From assembly GCA_958296185.1 (NCBI GenBank), contig CATQIB010000010.1, positions 17,863 to 81,862 of the forward strand: a stretch of DNA of 64,000 nt. Reading direction: 5' to 3'. The notes under the pieces are model-generated. The model saw only the letters and a program-made list of their open reading frames with translations. It was not told the origin of the DNA and did no database searches. The position numbers and the translations under genes are program-made. Below are positions 9,128 to 19,013 of the stretch, piece after piece (within the stretch, counting starts at the first letter, position 1; every line of letters starts with the position of its first letter). This stretch comes from an uncultured Mesonia sp. GTDB taxonomy: Bacteria > Bacteroidota > Bacteroidia > Flavobacteriales > Flavobacteriaceae.

Positions 9128-11145
9128 GGTTTAGACATTATGTAAAAGGTCCCTTTCTTTGCGCTGTCAAAGAAAGGGATTTTTTCTTTTAAGGCAGTTC
9201 TTTGCCAACGGGTAAGGTAACTTTTGTAATTGCTTTGATCGGCTACAATGGTTTTAGGCTGTACAAGTCTTATAACTCGTTCTAGATTTATACGAGGTGA
9301 ATGACTTAGCCACAATACGTCTACTGGTGTTTTAGAAGGTTCTGCGTATAAGTCACTGTCAATACGTAGCACCGATATACCATCTATTTCTAAAGCCCGA
9401 TTTAAGCGTTTATTTTGCTGAATATCGTTGATGAAATACTTGGTTTTATAATTGTCTAAAACCTTTGTAGACACCGTAGAATCGGTGTAGATCTGCATTG
9501 CGTTAGGATTATGTATAGCTAGGGTGCTGGTTTTATAATAAGGTAAAATCATAGCTTTACGGATTTGTTTTGCATTTTGATAGTCTATGATATAAACCAA
9601 CTGTGTTGCTATTAGTGCACTCAGTGCAAATAATCCGAATATTCTTTTTTGCGAACTATAAAAAAATCCGATAAGGCTAAAAAATGAAAGAACAGACAAA
9701 GCTAACATGGATTCAGAAAAATATACGTGGTCAAAGTAATACGCATCTTGCTGGGCAATAGACTCAATAACCCACATTAAAGCATCAATTATGCGTTCGG
9801 TTAACCCTTGAATCCATTCTAATTCAATAAAATAAAAACTCCCCAAAATACTTATGATGCAACTAAGAAGCACCAAAAATAGGGAGGGTAAAATCAGTAA
9901 GTTAGAAATAAGAAATAATCCTGGAATCTGATTAAAATAATAAAGCGTAAAGGGCAGTACTCCTATTTGCGCACTTAAGGTAACCGAGGCCAATGCCCAA
10001 GCCTTACGAATCAACCAGGTCTTTTTAGAAAATAAGTTATAAATAATTGGGTAAAAAAATAATATGGAGGCTACCGCAAAATAACTGAGTTGAAACCCAA
10101 CATCAAATACCAACCAAGGATCTATAAACAGTAACAACATAGCCGATAGCGCCAAACTTGTAACCCCATTGGTTTTCCGCTTATTTAAAGTAAGAAGAAT
10201 AAAAAAACTAAACATCGTTACGGCACGGGTTATAGAAGGACTAAAACCAACCAGCCAGGCATACAACCATAGAGCAATAACTATAAGCAGGACGCCCAAT
10301 GCCCGAGTCCATTCATTATATTTTAAAAAATAGGTAATTCCCTGCAACAATAAAACGATGAGCCCAACGTGTAATCCAGAAACCGCTAGTATATGAACCA
10401 CACCAGCTTTTTGAAACTGTTGATAGGTGCTGCGCTCTAAAAGGTTTTTATTTCCTAAAACTAGAGCATTTATAAAAGCTATATGCCGAGGCTTTAATTT
10501 AGTTTTTTTAAGTTGGTGGGTTATTTTCTTCTTGATGACTTCAGACTGGTCTACCCAAGTTGGATTACTATTTTTATGATGAATAATTTCGGTACTGGCT
10601 ACCCGAGTCTCTCGCGTCACGTGCTTATTGGCTAAGTATTTTTTGTAGTTAAACTGTTCGGGAAATAGGGGCTCTTTTAAGGGATTTAAATTTGTTTTAG
10701 TAATGATTGCATCTCCAGGTTGATAATTTACTGTACTATCTTTTAAATACACCCGTAATAAAACAAGGTTGTTTTGCCGAAAATCGGTTGGGTTTTTAAT
10801 TTGTGCGATATAATTTCTATATGAAATTGAACCTTTTAATTCTTGCTTTAAATTTAAATGTAAGAGCTGGTTAGGTTGTGTTTTTATTTCTTGATATAAA
10901 TAATGCTTTTGCAATTTGACACAAAAAAATCCTATAACTAAGAAGGTTATCAAACTGGTTACACTAAAAATTCTTAGGGGTAGCCAACTTCTCTTTTGGT
11001 AAAGAAATACAATTAACCAACTAAATAGGGTAGCAAGCAATAAAGAGAAAGCAAAGTCAAAATTACATGTGTAATTATGCCCTAAGAATATGCCTATTAC
11101 AAAGGCAAGAAAAAGCCACAAAAAAGAGGTGTTGAGTAACTTCAT
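9124..11145 (-). CDS. ComEC/Rec2 family competence-type membrane protein
   Basis: 673 aa with many TM helices and a competence-domain-like ILAVSGLHVGL segment. I saw no HxHxDH metallo-beta-lactamase motif in the C-terminal region. Confidence 0.8.
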   Translation of the reverse strand: MKLLNTSFLWLFLAFVIGIFLGHNYTCNFDFAFSLLLATLFSWLIVFLYQKRSWLPLRIFSVTSLITFLVIGFFCVKLQKHYLYQEIKTQPNQLLHLNLKQELKGSISYRNYIAQIKNPTDFRQNNLVLLRVYLKDSTVNYQPGDAIITKTNLNPLKEPLFPEQFNYKKYLANKHVTRETRVASTEIIHHKNSNPTWVDQSEVIKKKITHQLKKTKLKPRHIAFINALVLGNKNLLERSTYQQFQKAGVVHILAVSGLHVGLIVLLLQGITYFLKYNEWTRALGVLLIVIALWLYAWLVGFSPSITRAVTMFSFFILLTLNKRKTNGVTSLALSAMLLLFIDPWLVFDVGFQLSYFAVASILFFYPIIYNLFSKKTWLIRKAWALASVTLSAQIGVLPFTLYYFNQIPGLFLISNLLILPSLFLVLLSCIISILGSFYFIELEWIQGLTERIIDALMWVIESIAQQDAYYFDHVYFSESMLALSVLSFFSLIGFFYSSQKRIFGLFALSALIATQLVYIIDYQNAKQIRKAMILPYYKTSTLAIHNPNAMQIYTDSTVSTKVLDNYKTKYFINDIQQNKRLNRALEIDGISVLRIDSDLYAEPSKTPVDVLWLSHSPRINLERVIRLVQPKTIVADQSNYKSYLTRWQRTALKEKIPFFDSAKKGTFYIMSKP

Positions 11146-11172
11146 TTGGTTAAGTTACTCAAAAATAGTAAT

Positions 11173-11649
11173 TTATAAAATCCTTTTTGCTAAAACATAA
11201 GCCTTCTTCCAATAGTTTTCCTCTAATTTTGATACTATTACACCACGAGAGGCTGAAGAGTGTATAAAATAAATGCCAGATTTGTCATGATTTACTACTA
11301 GTCCAACGTGATTGATACGTCTACGGCGTTTGTTTGTTCTAAAAAAAACCAAGTCGCCAGGTCTTATTTCTCTTTGTCTAAGTGTTTTCCCTTTTTTAGC
11401 CATTTCGCTAGAGACACGCGGTAAGCTAATATCCTGACTTAAAAATGAGGTGTAAATAAGCCCAGAGCAATCCATACCCCGCTTCGTGGTTCCTCCAAAT
11501 TTATATGGAGTACCTTCAAAACTACGGGCGTAGGAAATGATCTTTTCGGTTGTGGTTTTATTTTTATTATTTTTTGATGCCACCTCGCGCTTGCTTCCAC
11601 AGGCAGAAAGTATTAAAAGTAAGAGTAGAGAGAAGGCTTTTATTTTCAT
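11173..11649 (-). CDS. NlpC/P60 (C40) family peptidoglycan peptidase lipoprotein
   Basis: 158 aa. Lipobox LLILSAC. Catalytic Cys context GMDCSGLIY and His context INHVGLVV. Confidence 0.85.
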   Translation of the reverse strand: MKIKAFSLLLLLILSACGSKREVASKNNKNKTTTEKIISYARSFEGTPYKFGGTTKRGMDCSGLIYTSFLSQDISLPRVSSEMAKKGKTLRQREIRPGDLVFFRTNKRRRRINHVGLVVNHDKSGIYFIHSSASRGVIVSKLEENYWKKAYVLAKRIL

Positions 11650-12761
11650 ACTTTTATTGAATTATAAATTAATTTGGCGGTTCTTTCGCTGGCACCTGGG
11701 CCTCCCAATTTTTTGCGTAACTGCTGATAATCTTCTAAGACTTGTTTACGTTTTGTAGATTGGAGAATTAAATTCAATTCCTCTCGTAGCTTTCGCGGAT
11801 TAAAATCATTCTGAATCAATTCGGTAACAACAGGCTTATCCATGATAAGGTTCACCAAAGAAATATAGTTAAGCTTAATAATGCGTTTAGCGATTTGGTA
11901 AGAAATATAACTCCCTTTGTAGCATACCACTTCTGGAATATTAAATAAAGCGGTTTCGAGCGTAGCTGTACCCGATGTTACCAGTGCGGCGGTAGACACC
12001 TCGAGCAAATCGTAGGTTTTATTGTTGATGACAGACACCCTATTTTTAGCCAAAAATGGTTCATAATAAGCTAGGTCTTGACTGGGAGCACCGGCTATTA
12101 CAAATTGATAATTAGGAAAATGCGGTACCATTTCGAGCATGGTTTTTAGCATTTTGCTAATTTCTTGCTGTCGCGAACCGGGCAACAATGCGATTATGGG
12201 TAAATTGTTTAATTGATGTTCAGCGATAAAAGCTTGATGAGAAATCGAGGGTCGTTGTTCTATAGCATCAAGCAAAGGATGACCCACGAAATGCACCGGA
12301 AACTTATGCTTTTGCTCGTAAAAATCTTTTTCAAAGGGCAAAATAACATACATAGCATCGATGTCTCGCTTAATTGCTTTTATCCGGTTTTCTTTCCAAG
12401 CCCAAATTTGTGGAGAAATATAATAATGCGTTTTAAAACCTTGTTTCTTAGCCCATTTGGCAATTCTAAAATTAAAACCTGGATAGTCAACAAAGATTAT
12501 TACGTCTGGTTGGTAGGTGCAAATATCGGCTTTGCAAATCTTTATATTTTTAAAAATGGTTTTTAAATTGGCCACCACTTCAATAAAGCCCATAAAGGCT
12601 AAATCTCTATAATGTTTAACCAACTTCCCGCCTACAGCTTGCATCAAATCGCCTCCCCAAAACCGAAATTCTGCTTTAGGATCCTGCTTTAATAAGGCTT
12701 TCATGAGATTGGCGGCGTGCAAATCTCCCGAGGCTTCTCCTGCAATCAAATAATACTTCAT
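11646..12761 (-). CDS. lpxB: lipid-A-disaccharide synthase
   Basis: 371 aa. Classic LpxB N-terminus MKYYLIAGEASGDLHAANLMKAL. 4-nt overlap with the downstream gene. Confidence 0.92.
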   Translation of the reverse strand: MKYYLIAGEASGDLHAANLMKALLKQDPKAEFRFWGGDLMQAVGGKLVKHYRDLAFMGFIEVVANLKTIFKNIKICKADICTYQPDVIIFVDYPGFNFRIAKWAKKQGFKTHYYISPQIWAWKENRIKAIKRDIDAMYVILPFEKDFYEQKHKFPVHFVGHPLLDAIEQRPSISHQAFIAEHQLNNLPIIALLPGSRQQEISKMLKTMLEMVPHFPNYQFVIAGAPSQDLAYYEPFLAKNRVSVINNKTYDLLEVSTAALVTSGTATLETALFNIPEVVCYKGSYISYQIAKRIIKLNYISLVNLIMDKPVVTELIQNDFNPRKLREELNLILQSTKRKQVLEDYQQLRKKLGGPGASERTAKLIYNSIKV

Positions 12762-12773
12762 AAACGCCAGAGG

Positions 12774-13055
12774 TTATAAAAATTCAAAATATATGATACT
12801 TAAGCCGGCAAGTAAGGTGGCTAAAATTACACCACGTGCACGGTATATTCTGCTCTTTTTAATATAAACAAAAAAGGGTAAAAAATTAGCAATTGCGCCC
12901 AAGGCGATAACATTACCTAGTACGCCATTTTCACGAGCCAAAGTCAAAGAAGTCTCAATTTTGTACTCCGAAAAAAAATACAAGTACATAAATATCCCAG
13001 CTATATTGGCAAAAATTCCAACAACAAAACCGATAAATATTTCTTTTTTAATCAT
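12774..13055 (-). CDS. small integral membrane protein (3 predicted TM), function unknown
   Basis: 93-aa hydrophobic ORF. It overlaps the surE stop by 8 nt, so it is probably co-transcribed between surE and lpxB. Confidence 0.6.
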   Translation of the reverse strand: MIKKEIFIGFVVGIFANIAGIFMYLYFFSEYKIETSLTLARENGVLGNVIALGAIANFLPFFVYIKKSRIYRARGVILATLLAGLSIIYFEFL

Positions 13056-13830
13056 TTAATTTCCAGTTGTTTATGGTGTTAATGGCTTTGTGAGCAGTGA
13101 GGTCAAACTGTATAGGTACAAGCGAAATATAATTATTAGCCAAAGCCCACTCATCTGTATCTTCGCCTTCATCTTCGTTTATAAAAGTGCCGGTAAGCCA
13201 GTAATAATCTCTACCTTGCGGATTGGTGCGCTTGTCAAATTCTTCACGCCAATGCGCTTTGGCTTGTCTACAAACCTTTATTCCTTTAATCTCTTCTCGT
13301 TTGAGCTTAGGAATATTCACATTTAAAACCACACCAGGGGGTAGTTTATTTTCTAAAACATTACGAGCAATGCGTTCCACAAAATCCTCACAAGGAGAAA
13401 AATCGGCCGTCAGGCTGTAATCTAATAATGAAAAACCAATAGCAGGTATGCCTTCTAAACCGGCCTCTACGGCTGCACTCATAGTGCCCGAATAAATCAC
13501 ATTTATAGAAGCGTTTGAGCCGTGATTAATACCACTCACGCATAAATCTGGTTTACGCTTTAAAATTTCCTGCTTGGCTATTTTTACGCAGTCAGCAGGG
13601 GTTCCCGAGCAGCTATACTCTAAATGATTTGCCGTTTCTTCAACGTTTAAAGGGTCACAATAGAGGTTATCATTTAACGTAATGGCATGTCCCATTCCAC
13701 TTTGCGGACTATCTGGAGCTACCGCTACCACATCTCCGAGTTTATTCATTATTTTTATAAGCGTGCGTATTCCTGGTGCAGTAATTCCGTCGTCATTGGT
13801 AACGAGAATCAAAGGCTTTTTGTCTTCCAT
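13048..13830 (-). CDS. surE: 5'/3'-nucleotidase SurE
   Basis: 260 aa. Signature ILVTNDDGITAPGIRTL at the N-terminus and GINHGSN. Confidence 0.92.
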   Translation of the reverse strand: MEDKKPLILVTNDDGITAPGIRTLIKIMNKLGDVVAVAPDSPQSGMGHAITLNDNLYCDPLNVEETANHLEYSCSGTPADCVKIAKQEILKRKPDLCVSGINHGSNASINVIYSGTMSAAVEAGLEGIPAIGFSLLDYSLTADFSPCEDFVERIARNVLENKLPPGVVLNVNIPKLKREEIKGIKVCRQAKAHWREEFDKRTNPQGRDYYWLTGTFINEDEGEDTDEWALANNYISLVPIQFDLTAHKAINTINNWKLND

Positions 13831-14083
13831 TCTTTTTTTAAGCTAAAATAAGCAAATTGATAGAAACTACGATTAAAGTAGCTATTAAGTGATAAATTCA
13901 ATTATTTTTACGGACACGCTTTGTTTCGGTTAAACCGGATTAAAGCAAATACTTATTCAGCTTAGGCTGCTAAGCTAATGCTGTTTTAGCAAAAATTTAT
14001 TAGCTGATTATTCAATAAAACTATTTATTATTTTTAATTTAGACCTTGGCATAATTTTTATGCTTGTTGTAAGAAGAAATTCT

Positions 14084-16246
14084 ATGAAAATAAAAACGTT
14101 TATGAAAAGAAATTCAATTATATGGTTACTTGGGTTGCTGTTTGCGGTTGCCTCTTGCAGCTTTACCACCAAAAAGTTTGATGCCGATGAAAACTCAGAT
14201 AAAGACCAAGTTCTTATTGAGTTAATTACTTATGTTTTAGAAAAAGGTCATTATGACCCTAAAAATATAGACGACGAATTTTCACAATCTGTTTATGATG
14301 ATTTTTTAAGTAAAATTGATCCGCGAAAGCGCTATTTTACCACAGCAGATATTGGTGATTTTTCGGTGTATGAAGAGCAGATAGATGATCAGATAAGGTC
14401 GAGAAATATAGATTTCTTTAATTTGGTTTATGAACGTTTTCTAAAGCGTATTGAAGATTCTAAATCGTTTTACGCCGAAATTTTAAACGAGCCTTTTGAT
14501 TTTACAGAAAAAGAAAGTATTAATCTAGATTATGAGAATTTACCTTTTGCAAGCTCTAAAAAAGAAATTAAAGAACGCTGGCGTAAACAATTAAAATATT
14601 CAACCTTAGGTTACTTTTATGACTTAAAAGAAGAACAAAAGCAAAAGAAAGAAAAAGAAACGGAAGATTTTGTTGAAAAAACCGACAAGGAGTTGGAGCA
14701 GCAGGCACGAGAGAAGGTGAAAAATTCTTTAGATGAGTTTTTTGATTTGACAGATGATTTAGAACGCAAAGACTGGTTTAGCGTTTATGTAAATGCCATT
14801 GTCGAAGGTTTTGATCCGCATTCATTTTATTTTGCTCCGCAAGACAAAGAACGCTTTGATATACAAATGTCTGGTAGTCTAGAGGGTATTGGTGCTCGCT
14901 TACAAAAAAAGATGGACGAGATTAAAATTATGGATGTAATCTCTGGCGGTCCCGCCTGGAGAGGAGAAGAACTTGAGGTTGGCGATGTAATTCAAAAAGT
15001 AAGACAGGAAGACGAAGAAAAGGCCGTTGATATCTCAGGAATGCGATTAGATGATGCTGTAAGTTTAATAAAAGGTCCAAAAGGCACCACCGTGCATCTT
15101 ACGGTTAAAAAGGTATCGGGAGCTATTGAAGAAATTTCAATTGTTCGTGATGTGGTGGAAATTGAAGAGACTTATGCCAAAAGCGCTATGGTAGAAAAAG
15201 ACGATCAGAAATTTGGTCTTATTTATTTGCCTAAGTTTTATTTTAATATAAATGACGCCAATGAACGCAACGCGGCTAGCGATGTGCGCAAAGAAATAAT
15301 TGAACTCAAGAAAGAAAATATGGACGGTTTGGTGATTGACTTGAGAAATAACGGGGGAGGTTCTTTATCTACCGTTGTTGATATTGCCGGTCTTTTTATA
15401 GAAAAAGGGCCAGTAGTTCAAGTTCAAGACGGAGATAAACGCAAAGAGATTTTAAAAGATAAAGATGGCGAAGTACTATGGGACGGTCCGTTGGTAATTT
15501 TGGTAAATGAGCTATCTGCTTCAGCTTCAGAAATTTTAGCCGCAGCGATGCAAGATTATAAGCGTGCGGTAATTATTGGAGGCAAGCAAACCTATGGCAA
15601 AGGAACCGTACAAGGTGTTATCGACCTGAATAGATGGATGAAAAATAGCGACCTAGGTGATATGGGGGCCTTGAAAGTTACGCGCCAGAAGTTTTATAGA
15701 ATAAACGGAGGTTCTACACAATTAGAAGGAGTAAAAAGCGATGTGGTAGTTCCCGATAAATACAGTTACATAGATCTAGGAGAGAAAGACCTTAACAATC
15801 CGCTGCCCTGGGATCAAATACAACCAGCCAATTATAGTTTATGGGATGGATACGATGATATTGATGCTGTGATTGCAAAAAGTAAAAGCAGAATTGCTCA
15901 AAATAAACAGTTTAATTTAATCGATAAAAATGCGAAGTGGATTAAAGCGCAAAGAGATTTAAATCAATACAGTATAAATTACGAAGAGTATAAAGCAGAT
16001 TTAGAACAAAGTGAGGCTGTATTTGAGGAGTTTGAAAGCATAAACGATTATAAAACCAATTTGAGTTTTTCAGCTTTACCCGTAGAAGAAATGCTGTTTG
16101 AAACCGATACTACCCTGCAAGAGAAAAGACAACGCTGGCATAAAAATTTGAGTAAAGACGTGTATGTAGAAGAAGCTATTTTTGTTTTAGAAGACTTGCG
16201 TGCAGGCAAGCAAAATAAAAAAACAGCTGCAAACTTTAGAGACTAA
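14084..16246 (+). CDS. carboxy-terminal processing peptidase (S41 family), lipoprotein
   Basis: About 720 aa. Lipobox LLFAVASC. PDZ-like region (GDVIQKV). Catalytic Ser context NELSASASEI and Lys context TYGKGTVQ. The ORF-track start 14060 is also possible. Confidence 0.88.
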   Translation: MKIKTFMKRNSIIWLLGLLFAVASCSFTTKKFDADENSDKDQVLIELITYVLEKGHYDPKNIDDEFSQSVYDDFLSKIDPRKRYFTTADIGDFSVYEEQIDDQIRSRNIDFFNLVYERFLKRIEDSKSFYAEILNEPFDFTEKESINLDYENLPFASSKKEIKERWRKQLKYSTLGYFYDLKEEQKQKKEKETEDFVEKTDKELEQQAREKVKNSLDEFFDLTDDLERKDWFSVYVNAIVEGFDPHSFYFAPQDKERFDIQMSGSLEGIGARLQKKMDEIKIMDVISGGPAWRGEELEVGDVIQKVRQEDEEKAVDISGMRLDDAVSLIKGPKGTTVHLTVKKVSGAIEEISIVRDVVEIEETYAKSAMVEKDDQKFGLIYLPKFYFNINDANERNAASDVRKEIIELKKENMDGLVIDLRNNGGGSLSTVVDIAGLFIEKGPVVQVQDGDKRKEILKDKDGEVLWDGPLVILVNELSASASEILAAAMQDYKRAVIIGGKQTYGKGTVQGVIDLNRWMKNSDLGDMGALKVTRQKFYRINGGSTQLEGVKSDVVVPDKYSYIDLGEKDLNNPLPWDQIQPANYSLWDGYDDIDAVIAKSKSRIAQNKQFNLIDKNAKWIKAQRDLNQYSINYEEYKADLEQSEAVFEEFESINDYKTNLSFSALPVEEMLFETDTTLQEKRQRWHKNLSKDVYVEEAIFVLEDLRAGKQNKKTAANFRD

Positions 16247-17361
16247 TGCACCACGAGTCTGGATCACCAACCAAAATGGCACTCCAAAAATTTAAATCAA
16301 ATTTTTGGGGTGTTTTTTGTTTAATTTATATCACAATCATAGGGTTCATGGCCCTTTTTGCCTATGTTATTGCGCCAGACAACTCGGTCAATGCAAATAC
16401 CATGAATCTGAGCATTCATTCTCAGCCACCAGGCTTTAAAGTGAAAATGCTAACCCTCCCACAAACAAGGGGTGAATACCATAAAAACAACTGGGAATGG
16501 TTATTGGGTGAAGAGGATACACCACAGCAAATACCATTTAGCCGGTTAAAAATTGAAGGAGATGAAGTCTTGGTGTTCCCTTATGAAAAAGATGTGCAAA
16601 ACTCTGTAGGATTGCCCCAGCGTTTTAAGCTTTCCCGCTTTAGCGGATTAACAAATTTAAAAGCTATAGAAGAGACATTTGTTAAAGAACATACTTTTTT
16701 ATTGGGCACAGATAAATATGGTAGAGATTTATTTAGTCGTTTATTGGTGGGCAGTAGAATCTCACTATCTATCGGTTTTGTTGCTGTTTTTATTTCATTA
16801 ATAATAGGCCTTAGTCTTGGTGCGTTTGCGGGTTATTTTGGAGGTTTTATAGATGCCACTATTATGTGGTTGATCAACGTGATGTGGTCTATACCCACCC
16901 TACTATTGGTAATAGCCATAACCTTAGCTTTGGGTAAAGGTTTCTGGCAAGTTTTTATTGCTGTAGGTTTAACGATGTGGGTTGAGGTGGCGCGAGTGGT
17001 TCGTGGACAGGTGATGGGAGTAAAAAAATTACAGTATATAACGGCTGCTAAGGCATTGGGATACTCGCACAGCAGAGTAATTTTAAAGCATATCTTACCT
17101 CAAGTAATAGCACCTTTAATTGTAATTTCTGCAGCCAATTTTGCGGCAGCTATTTTAATTGAAAGCGGATTGAGTTTTTTGGGTATAGGTGCTCAACCGC
17201 CTACACCAAGTTGGGGCGGTATGATTAAAGATCATTATAGTTATATTTTGCTAGGTAAACCCTACTTAGCATTGGTTCCTGGTTTAGCGATCATGAGTTT
17301 GGTCATGGCCTTTATGCTAATAGGAAATGCTTTACGCGATGCTTTAGATGTTAAAACATAA
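16246..17361 (+). CDS. ABC transporter permease, OppC/DppC-like (no cognate ATPase, OppB or binding protein nearby)
   Basis: 371 aa. LLGTDKYGRDLFSRLL N-terminal motif of DppC/OppC permeases, then 6 TM. The ATG overlaps the S41 peptidase stop (TAATG). An alternative ATG lies at 16276. Confidence 0.85.
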   Translation: MHHESGSPTKMALQKFKSNFWGVFCLIYITIIGFMALFAYVIAPDNSVNANTMNLSIHSQPPGFKVKMLTLPQTRGEYHKNNWEWLLGEEDTPQQIPFSRLKIEGDEVLVFPYEKDVQNSVGLPQRFKLSRFSGLTNLKAIEETFVKEHTFLLGTDKYGRDLFSRLLVGSRISLSIGFVAVFISLIIGLSLGAFAGYFGGFIDATIMWLINVMWSIPTLLLVIAITLALGKGFWQVFIAVGLTMWVEVARVVRGQVMGVKKLQYITAAKALGYSHSRVILKHILPQVIAPLIVISAANFAAAILIESGLSFLGIGAQPPTPSWGGMIKDHYSYILLGKPYLALVPGLAIMSLVMAFMLIGNALRDALDVKT

Positions 17362-17378
17362 ATTTAAAATAAATAATT

Positions 17379-17768
17379 ATGGCTAGTATTTTTTCAAAAA
17401 TAGTGGCGGGCGAAATCCCGAGTTATAAAATTGCAGAAGATGATAAATTTTATGCTTTTTTAGATGTAAATCCTAATGCAAAGGGACACACTTTATGTAT
17501 TCCCAAGCAAGAAGTAGATAAAATATTCGATTTAGATGAAGAAACTTATATAGAATTGATGCGGTTTTCTAGAAAAGTGGCTAAAGCTATAGAGAAGTCT
17601 ATTCCGTGTAAACGTGTAGGAGTGGCTGTTATTGGGTTAGAAGTGCCTCACGTACACGTACATTTAATTCCGCTACAGCGTATGGAGGACGCTAGCTTTA
17701 AAACAAAAGTGAAAATGAATGAAGAAGAGATGAAAGCCATCTGTGAGGCCATACGGTCTAACTTTTAA
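17379..17768 (+). CDS. HIT family (histidine triad) protein
   Basis: 129 aa with the histidine triad HVHVHLIP. Confidence 0.9.
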   Translation: MASIFSKIVAGEIPSYKIAEDDKFYAFLDVNPNAKGHTLCIPKQEVDKIFDLDEETYIELMRFSRKVAKAIEKSIPCKRVGVAVIGLEVPHVHVHLIPLQRMEDASFKTKVKMNEEEMKAICEAIRSNF

Positions 17769-18915
17769 TTTTTTTTAATTTTATTTCAAAACAAGTACCT
17801 TGATTCAATTCGCTTTTGAGTACCCTAACTTTACCCTTATGGTAGGTTTCTATAATGCGTTTTACCAAAGATAAACCTAGACCCCAGCCTCTTTTTTTGG
17901 TTGTAAAACCAGGCTTAAAAATCTTTTTAAAATCAGATTTAGGAATTCCTTTTCCCGTATCTGAAATGTTTAGCAGTATCCATTGTGCTTCTTCTCGCAT
18001 TTCAATTTTGAGTGTACCTTTGCCTTTCATGGCATCTATAGCATTTTTGACTAAATTTTCAATCGTCCAGCTGAATAGCTGTTCATTTAGATTTACAAAA
18101 ATAGCATGCTTGAGTAGTTTTACATCAAATTGAACCAGCTTTGAGGTTCTGATTTGCAAATATTGACTTGTCTCAAGGGTAGCTTGAACCAGATTAGTAG
18201 GTGTTAAATTAGGAACAGAGCCTATCTTGCTAAAACGATCGGTTATGGTTTGTAGCCGGTTTATATCTTTTTGTATTTCTTGAACATAATCGGGGTTGAT
18301 GTTTTCAGTTTTTAGGATTTCGATCCACCCCACTAGCGATGACAAGGGTGTGCCGATTTGATGCGCGGTTTCTTTGGCCATTCCTGCCCATAACAAACTT
18401 TGTTCTTCGCTTTTTGAAGTGATATGAAAATAATAAATAATACTCACCAAAAGGATAATGATGAAAATCACAAAAGCAGGGAAGTAGGTAAGCCGTTTAA
18501 GTGTGTCTGAATAACCGTAGTAAACGATATTAATTATTTTATTATCGTCTTTAATTTCTATGGGTTGGTATTGCTTTTTAAACTCTTCGATTAAAGCCAA
18601 TTTCTTTTCGCGGGTATTAACTTTATCTTCTTCAATATTTCTTGAATTGTAGCTGTCATCACCAACTGAGTAAACCAACATGGGTGTGGTTGTGTTTGAA
18701 CTAAAGATTTCAATTACATTATTACTGAGGCTAGTGCCAGAATTAGGTGTTGAGACTTCAGTAAAGGCATTTACCCAGATCTCCATTTTATTTTTCTCTT
18801 CTTCTTTGATGCGCTCAAAAAAAATAGACACATTCCATAAAAATAAACCTACAATTACCAGAGAGGCAATGGTTACAAACCAACGGGCAAAACTACGTTC
18901 TTTAAGGTAAAGCAT
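17758..18915 (-). CDS. sensor histidine kinase (orphan, two TM with an extracytoplasmic loop)
   Basis: 385 aa. H-box AHQIGTPLSSL. ATPase boxes NLVKNAIDA, DTGKGI and GWGLGLSLV. No response regulator is adjacent. Confidence 0.88.
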   Translation of the reverse strand: MLYLKERSFARWFVTIASLVIVGLFLWNVSIFFERIKEEEKNKMEIWVNAFTEVSTPNSGTSLSNNVIEIFSSNTTTPMLVYSVGDDSYNSRNIEEDKVNTREKKLALIEEFKKQYQPIEIKDDNKIINIVYYGYSDTLKRLTYFPAFVIFIIILLVSIIYYFHITSKSEEQSLLWAGMAKETAHQIGTPLSSLVGWIEILKTENINPDYVQEIQKDINRLQTITDRFSKIGSVPNLTPTNLVQATLETSQYLQIRTSKLVQFDVKLLKHAIFVNLNEQLFSWTIENLVKNAIDAMKGKGTLKIEMREEAQWILLNISDTGKGIPKSDFKKIFKPGFTTKKRGWGLGLSLVKRIIETYHKGKVRVLKSELNQGTCFEIKLKKIKS

Positions 18916-18988
18916 AGGTTGTTTTAAAGTTGAAAGATAATCTTTTTTATAAAAACAAAGCTATTTTTTATTAGCTCGGTACTTTCGT

Positions 18989-18996
18989 TATCTTTG
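18989..18996 (+). promoter_or_regulatory. -7 box TATCTTTG (flavin reductase-like gene)
   Basis: Exact TAnnTTTG match 17 nt upstream of the ATG at 19014. Confidence 0.55.
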
Positions 18997-19013
18997 CAAA
19001 AACATCTTAATTC

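Noticed and set aside
13957-13976. Small hairpin agcttag-gctg-ctaagct in the surE / S41 peptidase intergenic region, considered as a possible regulatory element or riboswitch.
   Set aside because: It has only a 7-bp stem. The context is AT-rich, where such hairpins arise by chance, and it resembles no known RNA motif that I can recall.
17758-17768. Convergent 3'-end overlaps (HIT/kinase, 11 nt; kinase/glycosyltransferase at 49166-49197, 32 nt) as possible antisense regulatory arrangements.
   Set aside because: Short convergent overlaps are common in compact genomes. No associated structure or motif was seen.
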